64,000 nucleotides of DNA from Polyangiales bacterium. GTDB taxonomy: Bacteria > Myxococcota_A > Polyangia > Polyangiales > Houyiibacteriaceae. Location: assembly GCA_045106895.1 (NCBI GenBank), contig JBGCFM010000012.1, positions 1 to 64,000 on the forward strand. Direction: 5' to 3'. The notes below the pieces were generated by a model. The model was not told the DNA's origin, did not search any database, and worked only from the letters and a program-made list of their open reading frames with translations. A program made the translations under genes and the position numbers. Each line of letters opens with the position of its first letter. Position 1 is the first letter of the stretch. Positions 38,868-50,293 of the stretch are shown here, piece by piece.

Positions 38868-41789
38868 ATGGCACTCATGCGCGGCTTTTGCTGGCTCCTA
38901 CTCACCCTCGCGCTTGGATGCGAGCCGCTTCCTCAAACGGACCTTCGTCTCGTGGAGTTTGTCTCTTCGAACGAAGGGGTCGCCGTCGATGAGTCCGGCG
39001 AGACCGAAGACTATATTGAGCTCTACAACTCCGGCGACGTTCGGATCTGGCTCGACGAGTATGCCCTGACGGATGGTGGCGCCTTGGCCCCCCTCCCCGA
39101 AATGCCGCTCGGCCCGGGTGAGCGAGTGATCTTCTACGCCGACGGAGAAACGGAGGAAGGCGAGCGACATCTTCCATTCAAGCTCTCGTCCGGCGGCGAA
39201 CAGGTGCAGCTCCGCACGCGAAGCGGACACATCTTGGAGACCATCGAGATCCCTGCCCTCGCGGAGAACGAATCCTACGCACGTTTCCCAGATAGCGACG
39301 AAGGCGAGTTCGCAACGTGTCGCTATGCTTCCCCCGGCGCCACGAACGGTGACACTTGTGGGCCCCCTGTTCCGCCGGAAATCTCCGTCGAACCCTTTGA
39401 ACCCTATGAGTGGGCCCTCCCCTTCCCCGCGCTGAACGCCGGCGTTCGCATCACCGAAGCGGCGCTGCGACCCGCGGCTTTCGTCGAATTGATGAACACG
39501 GGGAACAGCCCCGTCGACCTCGCTTCCCTTCAGCTCCGTTTGGTCCCCCATGGCCCGAGCTTGGATTGGCCTGGTACGGCTGACGGGGTCGAGTTTCCCC
39601 TCTCTGGGATGCTAGCAGCGGGACAGCGCGTTCAGATCGAGGTGGGAGAAAGCGAGCTCAGCGAAGTCGCCGCGACGGAGCAATACGAAGGCGTCCTGAC
39701 GCTCTTCGAAGGAAGCGCTGTGCAAGACCGCCTCGACTTCATGGCCTGGCCAGAAGATACGACGCTCGCGCGCTACCCAAGCGATGATGACCACTTTGTT
39801 TTTTGCGGCACCGCGACACCTGGTGAGAGCAACGACGCGTGCGCGCCGATTCCTTTCCGCCCCGTCGCGGACCGACTCCGTCACCTTCGCACCCCTGGAG
39901 ACTTCGCCGCGCTCGCTGCAGGCGGAACGACGCTCGGTCTTCGCGCCGTCAAGTTCGTCATCGACCTCGAACGCGGAGACTCCGTGCACCTCGTCGGCGC
40001 GGAAGACTACGGTCTCCACTACACCTACGTACGCGAGAACATCTACGAGCTCGAGTCTCTAGACCGATGCGACCCAGAGCAGGCCTCGGTGTTTCGTGCC
40101 GCATGGACCCGGTACAGCGTCGAGAACTACTCGCGCGTTGCAGACCGACGCTTCCTCGGCGGCACGCTGACCGAACACACCGGCGCGGGCGTTCGCTCTG
40201 TTGATTTCGTGACAGGCGACAGCATCTCGGCGGAGCAAATGCAGCACGCTTTCTTTACCCTTGCGCCCCATCTACTGAGCCCCTCGGATTGGACACTGCG
40301 CCCTCAGGGTCCGCGACAAGCGGCGGTTCTTCGCACCATCGAAGGCATGGCCCCCATCGTCGGAGAGAACGCAATTCGTAGCGGCGTGCGTTTTCAGCCG
40401 CTGAACGCGGCGGTGAACTTCGGACTCCTTCGCTACGTATCGGGTGATGAACTTGGAGAGACCCCGCTCAGCTCCGAAGTGATCCTCTTGACGGACGAGG
40501 TTCCCAACGACCTCCCTCTCGTTGGCGGTGTCATCACGGAAGCGCTCCAGACCCCTTTGGCGCATGTAAACGTTCTAAGTCGGGGACGCGGTACGCCGAA
40601 CATGGCTTTGCTCGATGCGCGAGAGGACCCACGCATCGCTCCGATGCTGGACCAACTCGTTCGCTTCGAGGTCAACGAAGGCGACTTCTCGATTCGTAGC
40701 GCCACGCGCGCGGAGGCCCAAGAGTTCTGGGACGACCAGCGCCCCCAAGGTCCTCGGCTCGCGCCGCGCTTAGATCCTGAACCGCGCGAGCTCATCGACC
40801 TCGCCTCGGCGACCCTCGAGGATGTGCCCGTCGTCGGCGCCAAAGCCGCGCAGCTTGGTGTGCTCTCGCGGATCACCGCGAATAGCGGCACGTGCATGGG
40901 ACCCATCGCCACCCCCGAAGACGCCTTCGGTATCCCGGTGTCATTCTATCTCGACCACTTTGAAGCGAGCGGAGCACAAGCTCATCTCACCAGCGCCATG
41001 CAACGCGACGACTTCGCCGTCGACACCCGAGTGCGGGCGGAAGTCCTTGCAGATGTGCGAGACATGATCGCGAGCCACTCCGTCGACCCACTCGTCCTGG
41101 AGATGATCGAAGAAGGTGTCCGCGCCCGCTACGGAAACCGGCGAGTACGCTTCCGAAGCAGCAGCAACGTCGAAGACCTAAGCGAGTTCAGCGGAGCTGG
41201 ACTCTACACCTCAGCGAGCGCAGAAATCGGCGACTCGGACCGCGCCGTGGAGGACGCGTTGCGCATCGTCTGGGGCAGCTTGTGGAACCACCGCGCTTTT
41301 GAAGAGCGCGAACGCGGACACATCGACCAGAGCGCCGTCGCCATGGGCATCCTTGTTCACGCTGCGTTCCGTTCGGAGCTCGCGAACGGCATCGGCGTTA
41401 GTCGCAACGTCCTCGACCTGACGCGCGGCGACATCTACTACTTCAACGTGCAGGTCGGTGAGGCCGGAGTTGCAAACCCTGCTCCTGGTGTTCGAACAGA
41501 CGAATATGTCTACCGCTTCGGGCGCTCCCCGCGTGTCCTCTTCGAGAGTCGCTCCTCCCTCACTCCCTTCGATATCCTCCGCGAGGAAGAATACGACCAG
41601 GCGGCCTGCATCCTCCGCGCCATCCACAACGGCTTTCGTCCGCTCCTGGACCCCGAGCGCGAGAATGCGTTCTTCGCGATGGACATTGAATGGAAACTCG
41701 TAGGACCCGAACGACGCTTCGTCGTCAAGCAGGCACGCCCCTATGACGTCGGCGATGCAGAAGTACCTGTGGACTGCCGTAACTTTTAA
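38868..41789 (+). CDS. Lipoprotein with lamin-tail (LTD) domains, phospho-His swivel and C-terminal PPDK/PEP-synthase ATP-grasp domain
   Basis: Lipobox ALGC; EFVSSN..DYIELYN..FKLSSGGE LTD; TPLAHVNVLSRGRGTPN; VGAKAAQL, RSSSNVED.FSGAGLY, DIEWK, KQARP. Confidence 0.88.
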   Translation: MALMRGFCWLLLTLALGCEPLPQTDLRLVEFVSSNEGVAVDESGETEDYIELYNSGDVRIWLDEYALTDGGALAPLPEMPLGPGERVIFYADGETEEGERHLPFKLSSGGEQVQLRTRSGHILETIEIPALAENESYARFPDSDEGEFATCRYASPGATNGDTCGPPVPPEISVEPFEPYEWALPFPALNAGVRITEAALRPAAFVELMNTGNSPVDLASLQLRLVPHGPSLDWPGTADGVEFPLSGMLAAGQRVQIEVGESELSEVAATEQYEGVLTLFEGSAVQDRLDFMAWPEDTTLARYPSDDDHFVFCGTATPGESNDACAPIPFRPVADRLRHLRTPGDFAALAAGGTTLGLRAVKFVIDLERGDSVHLVGAEDYGLHYTYVRENIYELESLDRCDPEQASVFRAAWTRYSVENYSRVADRRFLGGTLTEHTGAGVRSVDFVTGDSISAEQMQHAFFTLAPHLLSPSDWTLRPQGPRQAAVLRTIEGMAPIVGENAIRSGVRFQPLNAAVNFGLLRYVSGDELGETPLSSEVILLTDEVPNDLPLVGGVITEALQTPLAHVNVLSRGRGTPNMALLDAREDPRIAPMLDQLVRFEVNEGDFSIRSATRAEAQEFWDDQRPQGPRLAPRLDPEPRELIDLASATLEDVPVVGAKAAQLGVLSRITANSGTCMGPIATPEDAFGIPVSFYLDHFEASGAQAHLTSAMQRDDFAVDTRVRAEVLADVRDMIASHSVDPLVLEMIEEGVRARYGNRRVRFRSSSNVEDLSEFSGAGLYTSASAEIGDSDRAVEDALRIVWGSLWNHRAFEERERGHIDQSAVAMGILVHAAFRSELANGIGVSRNVLDLTRGDIYYFNVQVGEAGVANPAPGVRTDEYVYRFGRSPRVLFESRSSLTPFDILREEEYDQAACILRAIHNGFRPLLDPERENAFFAMDIEWKLVGPERRFVVKQARPYDVGDAEVPVDCRNF

Positions 41790-41800
41790 CCGGGCGCCGC

Positions 41801-42910
<1,110 letters not shown>

Positions 42911-43041
42911 GTTGGCGGGATGCTAGCAGCATGAGATTCACGTCGGAAGCACCCTTCTGACCTTCTCTTTCCTCAACGTGTTGGCCCGAAACCCGCCAGA
43001 AACCTTGCAAGGTTGCTCTCCGGGGCGGCACCATAGCGCCC

Positions 43042-44466
43042 GTGGAGGCGCTAGAAAGCGGGGCGGTGGTCGCCGACATGGAGGTGATTCGACTCCTCGG
43101 CAAGGGCGCTTTTGGCCACGTATACGCTGTTAATGCGCCGGGGCATGACAGACCTCTCGCTCTAAAGCTGATGAACGCGTCCGTCTCCAGCGAGAGCATG
43201 CAGCGTCGTTTTCAGCGTGAAGCCGAGGTGATTCAGCGTCTTGAGAGCGACTTTGTTCCCGCGATCTACGATTTCGGCGAGTGCGACGACGGATCTCCCT
43301 TCATTCTGATGGAGCTGCTCCAGGGCCAGACGCTTGGGGAAGTGGTGGAAGCCGAGGGCGGAAAGCTCCCCTGGAGACGGGTGCTCGATCTGGGGCTTCA
43401 AGCGTGCGAGGCCCTCGAAATTGCTCACTCCGTTGGCGTGCTGCACCGCGACCTAAAGCCGGACAACCTCTTTATCGTCGAAGAGCAGCTCAAGATCCTC
43501 GATTTCGGCGTCGCCACGTTCGTCTCGGGGCACACTGATCGGCACGGCGCCCTCACGCAGACGAGCGCCATTGTCGGCACGCCCCACTACATGTCGCCGG
43601 AGCAGATTCGTTCCACAAAGATCGGCGTCGAAGCAGACATCTACATGCTCGGTGTCGTTCTCTATGAGTGTTTGACGGGCAAGCGCCCCTTTGGCGGAGA
43701 GTTCCTCGGCGATCTTCTCGGCAGCGTACTGAGCGGTCAATACAGACCCATCGCGTACCACGCGCCAACAACACCACGAGTGCTGACGAAGACCATCCAG
43801 CAGGCAATGTCCCTCGATCCCAAAGACCGCTTCCCGAGCGCCGAGGCGTTTGGGAACGCGCTCCGCCAAGGACACGCCGCGAGCAGCGAACCGCCACCAA
43901 GGCCCACACTTTCGCCGCGCAGCGCGGATCCTGAGAAGGAAACTCTCCCGCACCTGAGCTACACCGCCCCCTCCTATCCGGCCGATTCAACGGCATCAGG
44001 CTCCTCGCCCGCTCCAAGGCCCCGGCTCGGACTCCTCGCCGCCGGAGCCCTGGTGTTCCTCGTGCTCACCGCCGCGACGACCTACTTCATCGCCTCCAGC
44101 GACGCCGAAACCTCCTCGATCGCGACAGAGCCCGTTGGCCCCTCGCCCTTCGAACCAGTCCCACCGGATGAAAGCGAGAGCGCGCCAGCGGCCGCGGCCA
44201 TTGAACCCGCCGAGCCCGTCGGTGATGCCGACGCCACACCACCCGAGGTTCCGACGGGAGTCGCAACTCCTGAACCTCTGGAACCCGAGGCAGAAGCGGA
44301 GCCAGTGCGCCGCCCTCGAACCCCTACGCGGATGAGACCGGTCGAAGTCGAGGCTCCGCCCGAAGTCGAGCCTCCTCCGGAAGAGCCGCCTACCGAAGAG
44401 CCGCCAGCCGATCCGGAGCCCGTCACGACGTCTCCGCCGGATGGCCTCATCAACCCTTTCGAATAA
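43042..44466 (+). CDS. Hanks-type Ser/Thr protein kinase, single TM, Pro/Glu-rich exterior tail
   Basis: LGKGAFG, ALK, HRDLKPDN, DFG, GTPHYMSPEQ. Confidence 0.96.
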   Translation: MEALESGAVVADMEVIRLLGKGAFGHVYAVNAPGHDRPLALKLMNASVSSESMQRRFQREAEVIQRLESDFVPAIYDFGECDDGSPFILMELLQGQTLGEVVEAEGGKLPWRRVLDLGLQACEALEIAHSVGVLHRDLKPDNLFIVEEQLKILDFGVATFVSGHTDRHGALTQTSAIVGTPHYMSPEQIRSTKIGVEADIYMLGVVLYECLTGKRPFGGEFLGDLLGSVLSGQYRPIAYHAPTTPRVLTKTIQQAMSLDPKDRFPSAEAFGNALRQGHAASSEPPPRPTLSPRSADPEKETLPHLSYTAPSYPADSTASGSSPAPRPRLGLLAAGALVFLVLTAATTYFIASSDAETSSIATEPVGPSPFEPVPPDESESAPAAAAIEPAEPVGDADATPPEVPTGVATPEPLEPEAEAEPVRRPRTPTRMRPVEVEAPPEVEPPPEEPPTEEPPADPEPVTTSPPDGLINPFE

Positions 44467-44473
44467 CTTCCTT

Positions 44474-46765
44474 ATGCTCGTCGATCCCACACGCCGCTCA
44501 GCTCATGAGCGGGCCCTTCGCCTATCCTTCACGCTGGCCATCGCCGCCGGTCTCGCAGGTCAAGCCCACGCTCAGGCGCCACTGCGTGTCGTCGCGAGTG
44601 CCGGAGTCGCGGGAGAGTTCGCGCGACCTATCTGCGAAGAAGGCCAGACTCTCGAGACCTTGCCCTTCGCGCGAACGGCACGGGCCCTGACCGCGCGGAG
44701 GGCACAAGGCGATATCGTCATCGACACCGGAGGGCTCTTCGCACGCCACGGAGTGACCCGCTTCACGTCGCGAGAAAACCCGGACGCCCTCGCTGCGCTC
44801 AGCGAAGCGCTCGGCTATCACGCGCTCGCGGTGAGCGAGGCGGACCTTGGAGATCCCCGGGATTCACTCGTAGCGCGCGCTCGAGCGCTGCGCGAACGGG
44901 GTATTCCCATGGTCGCCAGCAACCTGCGCTGCGATGAGAGCGCCGATGCGTTGTGCGACGTCTTGTGGACCGCCGCGGACGGCGTCCCCACCATCAACGG
45001 CGTCGCCATTCTCAGCTTCATCGAGCCCGCGGCACTCGGCCGAGTCGGGCCCGCAAGTCGACGAGGCCTACGCCTGTTGCCCCTGGCAACGAGCGTACGG
45101 CGCCTGGTCACGGCGGCCCGAGAGCGCGGCGCCGAGACAGTCATCGCGATCATCGACAGCGGTCGCGGCGCTCAGGCGATCGCCCACGCCAGCGCGGCGA
45201 TGCGTGAGATCCCCGCAGCGGAACGTCCGGACATTGTGTTCTCCTCCGACGCCGGATCCGAGCTGCTCTTCGCGCGCCCCGCAGACGTTCGCCCGGGATT
45301 TGTCGCGGCTCCTCCGCGCGGCGCCGTCAACTTGGACGTTCGTCGCACGGGTGCGCGCTACGATCTCTTGGCGACACCCATCGAAGGCGTCGACGCGGGC
45401 GCCGTGGACGCCGTGGGTGACTTCATCGAGAGCGTCGGGCCAGCCTACTGTGAGCATTGGGGAAGTCCTCTTGCCGGCGGCACACTGCAGAGGGAGATGA
45501 ACGCTACGGACCTCGTGGGTCTCAGCGCGTCCGTGATGCGTGAAGCCACGGGCGCCGACGTCGCCATTCTCAACCGCTACGCCATCGACGAACGCTGGGC
45601 CCGTGACGAAGGTGTCCTCTCGAACTCCGACGTTCAGATTGGAATTCAGTACGACGAAAACCTCGTCGTCGGCCTCGTTCGTGGAAGCTGGCTGCGGATA
45701 TTGGCGCGCCGCGCGGACCCCGCCCTCGAGGTCCCTGGACTTGTGATTTCGAACGTTGGAACCTCACGTGAGCTCCTCAAACTCCACGGGCGCACCGTCG
45801 TCGATATCGCGGAGTACAAGGTTGTAACCATCGGCTTTCTCGCGACGGGAGGCGACGAAGCGTTGCCTGCCTTCGACGGGTGGGAGCCGCCGGATGAGAG
45901 CATCACGCTACGTGGCGTAGTAGGGGAGTACCTCGCCGAGGCACGTGAAGAAGATCCGCGCGATGCTCTCGACGACCCGTCCACGGCGATGGAGTGGACC
46001 TCCAATATCAGCACGGCGCTCACCTTCACAGGCAGCGCAGTTCGCGACGGCGGTGAGTACGCAGAAGGACCGCTGACGAATCAGGGACAGGTCCTCGTGG
46101 GACTTCAGCTGAACATGCAACTGAACGGCGCTTCCCGCCTCGCGGCTTGGAGCAATGAACTCGCCGCCCAGTACTCCCTCGCGTCGACGCGGGAGACAGA
46201 TGGCTTTGACGAGGGTAGCGACCAGATCACGTATCGTACGAGCGCGCAGTACCGCGGCTTTCGAGCCAGCGTCGATGAGCTCTATGTCCCGGACCTTATT
46301 CTGGAGGGTTTTCTTCGAACGGAGTTTTCAAAGCCAGACGAACGTGACAACCACTTCCTCAACCTTCGCTTCGTCGCCGGGCCTCAATGGCGATTCCACA
46401 GGTACGTTTCGTTTCGTGCCGTCGGCGGTGTCGAGATCATCGAAGCCACCAGCTCGGCGCTTCGTCGCGTCGAACCTGGCGTCGGCGCGCAGCTCAACAT
46501 CACTCCGTGGGTCCTGATGCGGGTGGGACTACGCTCGCTGCAAATCGGCATGACCCTCGACTACTTCGCGAGTGGATTTGGCGGCGAAGTTCGCCACCTC
46601 CTGCAGGGTGCGTTGGAAACTCAGCTGAACCTGTCTCGGACCGTAGGCCTCGGGTTTTCCCTCTCGCTCTACGGCCTTCAGGAAGCCGAAGGACCGTTCT
46701 CCTTTGCGCTAGGCACCTCGGCAAACCTGCAGGTCGGCTGGGGTACGCGCTGGCTCAGCAACTAA
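44474..46765 (+). CDS. 5'-nucleotidase-like domains (degenerate active site) fused to a probable outer-membrane beta-barrel
   Basis: Signal peptide; IDTGG, LGYHALAV, PMVASNL, MREATGADVAILN, YKVVTIGFLATGGD; C-terminal ~250 aa of amphipathic strands. Confidence 0.7.
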   Translation: MLVDPTRRSAHERALRLSFTLAIAAGLAGQAHAQAPLRVVASAGVAGEFARPICEEGQTLETLPFARTARALTARRAQGDIVIDTGGLFARHGVTRFTSRENPDALAALSEALGYHALAVSEADLGDPRDSLVARARALRERGIPMVASNLRCDESADALCDVLWTAADGVPTINGVAILSFIEPAALGRVGPASRRGLRLLPLATSVRRLVTAARERGAETVIAIIDSGRGAQAIAHASAAMREIPAAERPDIVFSSDAGSELLFARPADVRPGFVAAPPRGAVNLDVRRTGARYDLLATPIEGVDAGAVDAVGDFIESVGPAYCEHWGSPLAGGTLQREMNATDLVGLSASVMREATGADVAILNRYAIDERWARDEGVLSNSDVQIGIQYDENLVVGLVRGSWLRILARRADPALEVPGLVISNVGTSRELLKLHGRTVVDIAEYKVVTIGFLATGGDEALPAFDGWEPPDESITLRGVVGEYLAEAREEDPRDALDDPSTAMEWTSNISTALTFTGSAVRDGGEYAEGPLTNQGQVLVGLQLNMQLNGASRLAAWSNELAAQYSLASTRETDGFDEGSDQITYRTSAQYRGFRASVDELYVPDLILEGFLRTEFSKPDERDNHFLNLRFVAGPQWRFHRYVSFRAVGGVEIIEATSSALRRVEPGVGAQLNITPWVLMRVGLRSLQIGMTLDYFASGFGGEVRHLLQGALETQLNLSRTVGLGFSLSLYGLQEAEGPFSFALGTSANLQVGWGTRWLSN

Positions 46766-46835
46766 CGCGTACCTCGAAAACCACCGTTCCATCGCCCGAT
46801 TGAATCACGCCCAGGTCCGCGTTACGTTGCCGTCG

Positions 46836-47249
46836 ATGACCTCAAGGACCATTCCCTCGCTCTTGGCACTCGCTCTTGGTTTCACCTCCCTGATGGGATG
46901 CGGCGGTACCGTCGACGAAACGCATCAGGGCGTCCTCGAAGAAGGCGACGACCGCCAGTCCACGGACGATTCCTTGCAGGACCCGTACACGTTCAAGACC
47001 AACGAAGGATACGTCATCGACATTGTCATGGAGTCCTCGGAGGTGGATGCCTACCTCATGCTCGCCGGCCCCGACGGGAGCAAGGTAGGCGAGAACAACG
47101 ATGAAGTGCCTGGCAACAACAACGCCCGCATTCAGCTCACCGCCCCGAGCAGCGGAACCTACACGGTATTCGCAAACACCTACCGTCCCGGAGAATCAGG
47201 CGCCTACACCCTGACCATCCGCGCGACGGAACCCGCTGCTGAAGAATAA
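46836..47249 (+). CDS. PPC (pre-peptidase C-terminal) domain lipoprotein
   Basis: Lipobox LMGC; DAYLMLAGPDG..ENND..NARI..SGTYTV..GAYTL. Confidence 0.85.
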   Translation: MTSRTIPSLLALALGFTSLMGCGGTVDETHQGVLEEGDDRQSTDDSLQDPYTFKTNEGYVIDIVMESSEVDAYLMLAGPDGSKVGENNDEVPGNNNARIQLTAPSSGTYTVFANTYRPGESGAYTLTIRATEPAAEE

Positions 47250-47257
47250 GCGCGCGG

Positions 47258-47716
47258 GTGAACGACGAGAAGACAGAGTTTCCAACGACCATCGTTCGCC
47301 CGTACAACATTCAAATACGGCAGCGGGTCACCTCACTTCTTGAGCGAGTTGGGTGTCGCTTTCGGGACGATCACATCATCGCCGTGCGAACTCCTGACAG
47401 CGTCGCCGTCGAGCAAGTCGTAAAGATTCAGAACCCGACTCTGCTCCTTCCATTTCACGCCCACCGCGACATGCTTGGTCAGAGCGTCGATGGGGTGACC
47501 TTCTTTGAGAAACTCATAGAGCGTGCAGCTCACGTCCCGTGGCGCGTGCTGATGCCTATTACGGTGTTTGGCCAAGCCGCCCTGGGTCTTCGTGTCAGCG
47601 CACTCCCAGCAGAGCTCAGCGCGAAGATTCACGTGATCAACGTGGCGGATGTTCGTGACGGCCTTGCCCAGAGTACCCTGACGCCACTCCGCGCGTTCCT
47701 TCACGCGCCAGCCTGA
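47258..47716 (+). CDS. Hypothetical protein, possibly a degenerate receiver-like fold
   Basis: Fills the gap between genes; alternating beta/alpha pattern. Confidence 0.55.
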   Translation: MNDEKTEFPTTIVRPYNIQIRQRVTSLLERVGCRFRDDHIIAVRTPDSVAVEQVVKIQNPTLLLPFHAHRDMLGQSVDGVTFFEKLIERAAHVPWRVLMPITVFGQAALGLRVSALPAELSAKIHVINVADVRDGLAQSTLTPLRAFLHAPA

Positions 47717-48934
47717 TCAAGCTTCGCTGCCTGGAGCGACGGGAACCATCGCACCGGTCCACCACTCGTAGTCACGTCCCATCGGGTCTCCGCTCGGGAA
47801 GAACACGAGGTAGCTCATGGCGTCGTAAGGCAGGAACGTGGGGCGACCGGGTAACACGTTTCCGATTTGGTGGACGGTTCGCCAAGTGCCCGTGTTGAAG
47901 TAAGCGGCGCGCTCGCCGCGGATCTGGCCCAGTGGCACCATCGACGCGAAGTGCGAATGTCCGTTCACCGCGAACCGGACGTGCTCGCGCGCGCTCATCT
48001 CTTGGGCTGCGAACGCCGCCATCTTCCCGTCGAAGCCGTGCTGAAACATCCGGTAGATCTTCGTCAGCTTCTCGTCGGAGCCGCGGGCGACAACGCGTTT
48101 CGTAGACAGCTCCAGAAGAAGACGGAGCTTCTTGCCGGTGTCGAAGCCCAGTCGCTTTTGCTCCGTCATTTTCCGCTCCCGCATCCACGCGCGCACGAAG
48201 GGTTTGCTGAGGAAGTCTTCCACGAGCGCCGACCAAGTCTGCCCCACGGGTCGCATCAGCGAGCGGTCGACGAAGCCAAGGTTACGCACCCACGCGGGCA
48301 CGGCGTAGATGGGACGCACGTCGTCAATATCATCGAGAAGGTCGGCGTGCTCTGTGGCGACGAGCTGTTTCACCATGCGTGGAAATCGCGTGATGAGCTC
48401 AAGACCGATGGCGTCACCGATCGTGCCAGCGCCGTCCTTTTGAACGTTGATGGGGTCGCCCACGTGACCGTGGTACGCGAGGACTTTGTGGTGCGGAAAA
48501 TGCCGCTCCGTGTCGAAGACGATGTCTTCGTCGCGTCCGGTGAGCGCTTTCCAGATCTTGCGGCGCGACGCCGGCGCCGACGCGAGCAGTCGGTCGTGGT
48601 TGCCCAAGAGATAGGTGATCTCGAGCGCACCAGACTCGACCTTCTCGCGAATCGCGGTAAAAAACTTCGCCTCACGCTCCAGAATGCGGTCGACGATGCC
48701 TCCGAGCACCTCGCGCACTCGATCATCGGTGTGGTGGTAGGGGCGTGCCGCGCTCTCGAGCCATGCCGGCGAACGAACGAGGTCAAAGAGGTCGCCGACA
48801 AAGCACAGGTGCGCAGGCCTTGTTCCTCTCGCGGCCTGAATGCGCGTCCAAAAGCGTTCGAAGAGCAGGTCTTTCGGAACGCTGCTTCCGTGAAGGGAGT
48901 CCGTGAGGTGCTGATCACTCACAAAGATCAACAT
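47717..48934 (-). CDS. Calcineurin-like metallophosphoesterase
   Basis: SDQH, GDLFD, GNHD, YHGH, GHSH, NTGTW. Confidence 0.9.
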   Translation of the reverse strand: MLIFVSDQHLTDSLHGSSVPKDLLFERFWTRIQAARGTRPAHLCFVGDLFDLVRSPAWLESAARPYHHTDDRVREVLGGIVDRILEREAKFFTAIREKVESGALEITYLLGNHDRLLASAPASRRKIWKALTGRDEDIVFDTERHFPHHKVLAYHGHVGDPINVQKDGAGTIGDAIGLELITRFPRMVKQLVATEHADLLDDIDDVRPIYAVPAWVRNLGFVDRSLMRPVGQTWSALVEDFLSKPFVRAWMRERKMTEQKRLGFDTGKKLRLLLELSTKRVVARGSDEKLTKIYRMFQHGFDGKMAAFAAQEMSAREHVRFAVNGHSHFASMVPLGQIRGERAAYFNTGTWRTVHQIGNVLPGRPTFLPYDAMSYLVFFPSGDPMGRDYEWWTGAMVPVAPGSEA

Positions 48935-49034
48935 CGGTCGCTCAGTCACCTGCTGAGTGTACACGAGTTTCGCCGCAGACTCCCGGGCGGCGCTTGTTTA
49001 CATAAGCGAGGCGTCAGGGGCGCCTCGACGTCCC

Positions 49035-50216
49035 CTATTCGACGAGGGCGCTTAGCTCGACACGTGTTTCGACGGGCTGACCGTTCCGAACCGTGGTGAC
49101 GGAGACCACATCCCCCACGACATGCCGGTCGATGACTCGGTAGAGGTCGATGGCGTTCACGACGGCGTCACCGTCGACAGCGACGATCAAGTCACCGATG
49201 ATCACGCGGCCATCGCGCGGGTCGCGGCGCGTTGGTTGTAGCCCCGCGCGGTCCGCACCGGAGCCCGGGACGATGCCGAGGACAAGCGCGCCACGGAGCC
49301 GCAAGCGGTTGGCGAGTTGGCCGTCGTCGAGCTGAACACCGAGACCCGGGCGCTCCACGCGCCCCGTCGTGATGAGCTGCGGCACAACACGCGCGACGAT
49401 GTCGATGGGCACCGCGAATCCGACTCCTGCAGATGCGCCACTTGGAGAGTAGATTGCGGTGTTCACGCCGACGACTCGACCGGCGCTGTCGAGGAGGGGG
49501 CCGCCCGAGTTGCCGGGATTAATGGCGGCGTCAGTCTGAACCACACCTTGAATGGGACGTCGGCTCATGGACATGATCTCTCGGCCTAGCCCGCTGATGA
49601 CACCCGTCGACAAGGTCTGGTCGAGTCCGAACGGATTGCCGATGGCGAAGACATGTTGCCCGACGACGAGATCGCCGGACGTTCCCACCGGCAGCGGCGG
49701 CAGCTTGTCTTCGGGCGCATCGATGCGGAGGACGGCGAGATCTTTGTCCGGATAGGTCCCGACGAGGCGTGCGGGCCAAACGCTCTGATCCGAGAGCGTG
49801 ACGCGTGCGCCATCGGCGCCGGCGATGACGTGGAAGTTTGTCACGATATGGCCCTGGTTGTCCCAGACGAAGCCGGAGCCCGTACCTGCGGGCATCGCCA
49901 TGGCGTTTCGGCGAACGTGGTCCATGCGAACTTCGAGTTTGGTGATGAACACCACCGAAGGGCTCGCGTTTCGAAAGATCGCGACGGTGGTCTGTTCCGC
50001 TGGGGAGAGGTCGCCGCGGGCCTCAACGAGTGGTGGGGCCGGCGTGTCGTCGACGGGTTCGACGCTTGGTTCGTTGAGCTCGACGGGAATGCTTGGCGGC
50101 AACGCCGGCGGATCTGCCTTGAAGAGATAGGAGGCGAGAAGGACGAGGGCAGCGCCAGCGATCATCGAGAGCGGAATCACGAAGATGGGCCATGTGGGTG
50201 GCTTTTGAGCGTTCAC
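49035..50216 (-). CDS. HtrA/DegP-family serine protease with one PDZ domain
   Basis: GSGF, TNFHV, DLAVL, QTDAAINPGNSGGPL, PDZ. Confidence 0.96.
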   Translation of the reverse strand: MNAQKPPTWPIFVIPLSMIAGAALVLLASYLFKADPPALPPSIPVELNEPSVEPVDDTPAPPLVEARGDLSPAEQTTVAIFRNASPSVVFITKLEVRMDHVRRNAMAMPAGTGSGFVWDNQGHIVTNFHVIAGADGARVTLSDQSVWPARLVGTYPDKDLAVLRIDAPEDKLPPLPVGTSGDLVVGQHVFAIGNPFGLDQTLSTGVISGLGREIMSMSRRPIQGVVQTDAAINPGNSGGPLLDSAGRVVGVNTAIYSPSGASAGVGFAVPIDIVARVVPQLITTGRVERPGLGVQLDDGQLANRLRLRGALVLGIVPGSGADRAGLQPTRRDPRDGRVIIGDLIVAVDGDAVVNAIDLYRVIDRHVVGDVVSVTTVRNGQPVETRVELSALVE

Positions 50217-50293
50217 TCAGCGTACATAGCCACCCTGCCCCGCCTCGTCGAGATCCCGTCGCGAGGAAGCGCCGCATTGCAGAGCGGCAGCGA

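Noticed and set aside
38868..41789. ppsA/ppdK call
   Set aside because: Domain order is reversed, the pyruvate-binding barrel is absent, and a lipoprotein signal is present
47867..49099. 410-aa plus-strand ORF (likewise 24783-25946, 32817-33836, 33116-34006, 58752-59738)
   Set aside because: Overlap well-supported genes in other frames or on the other strand; no recognisable motifs
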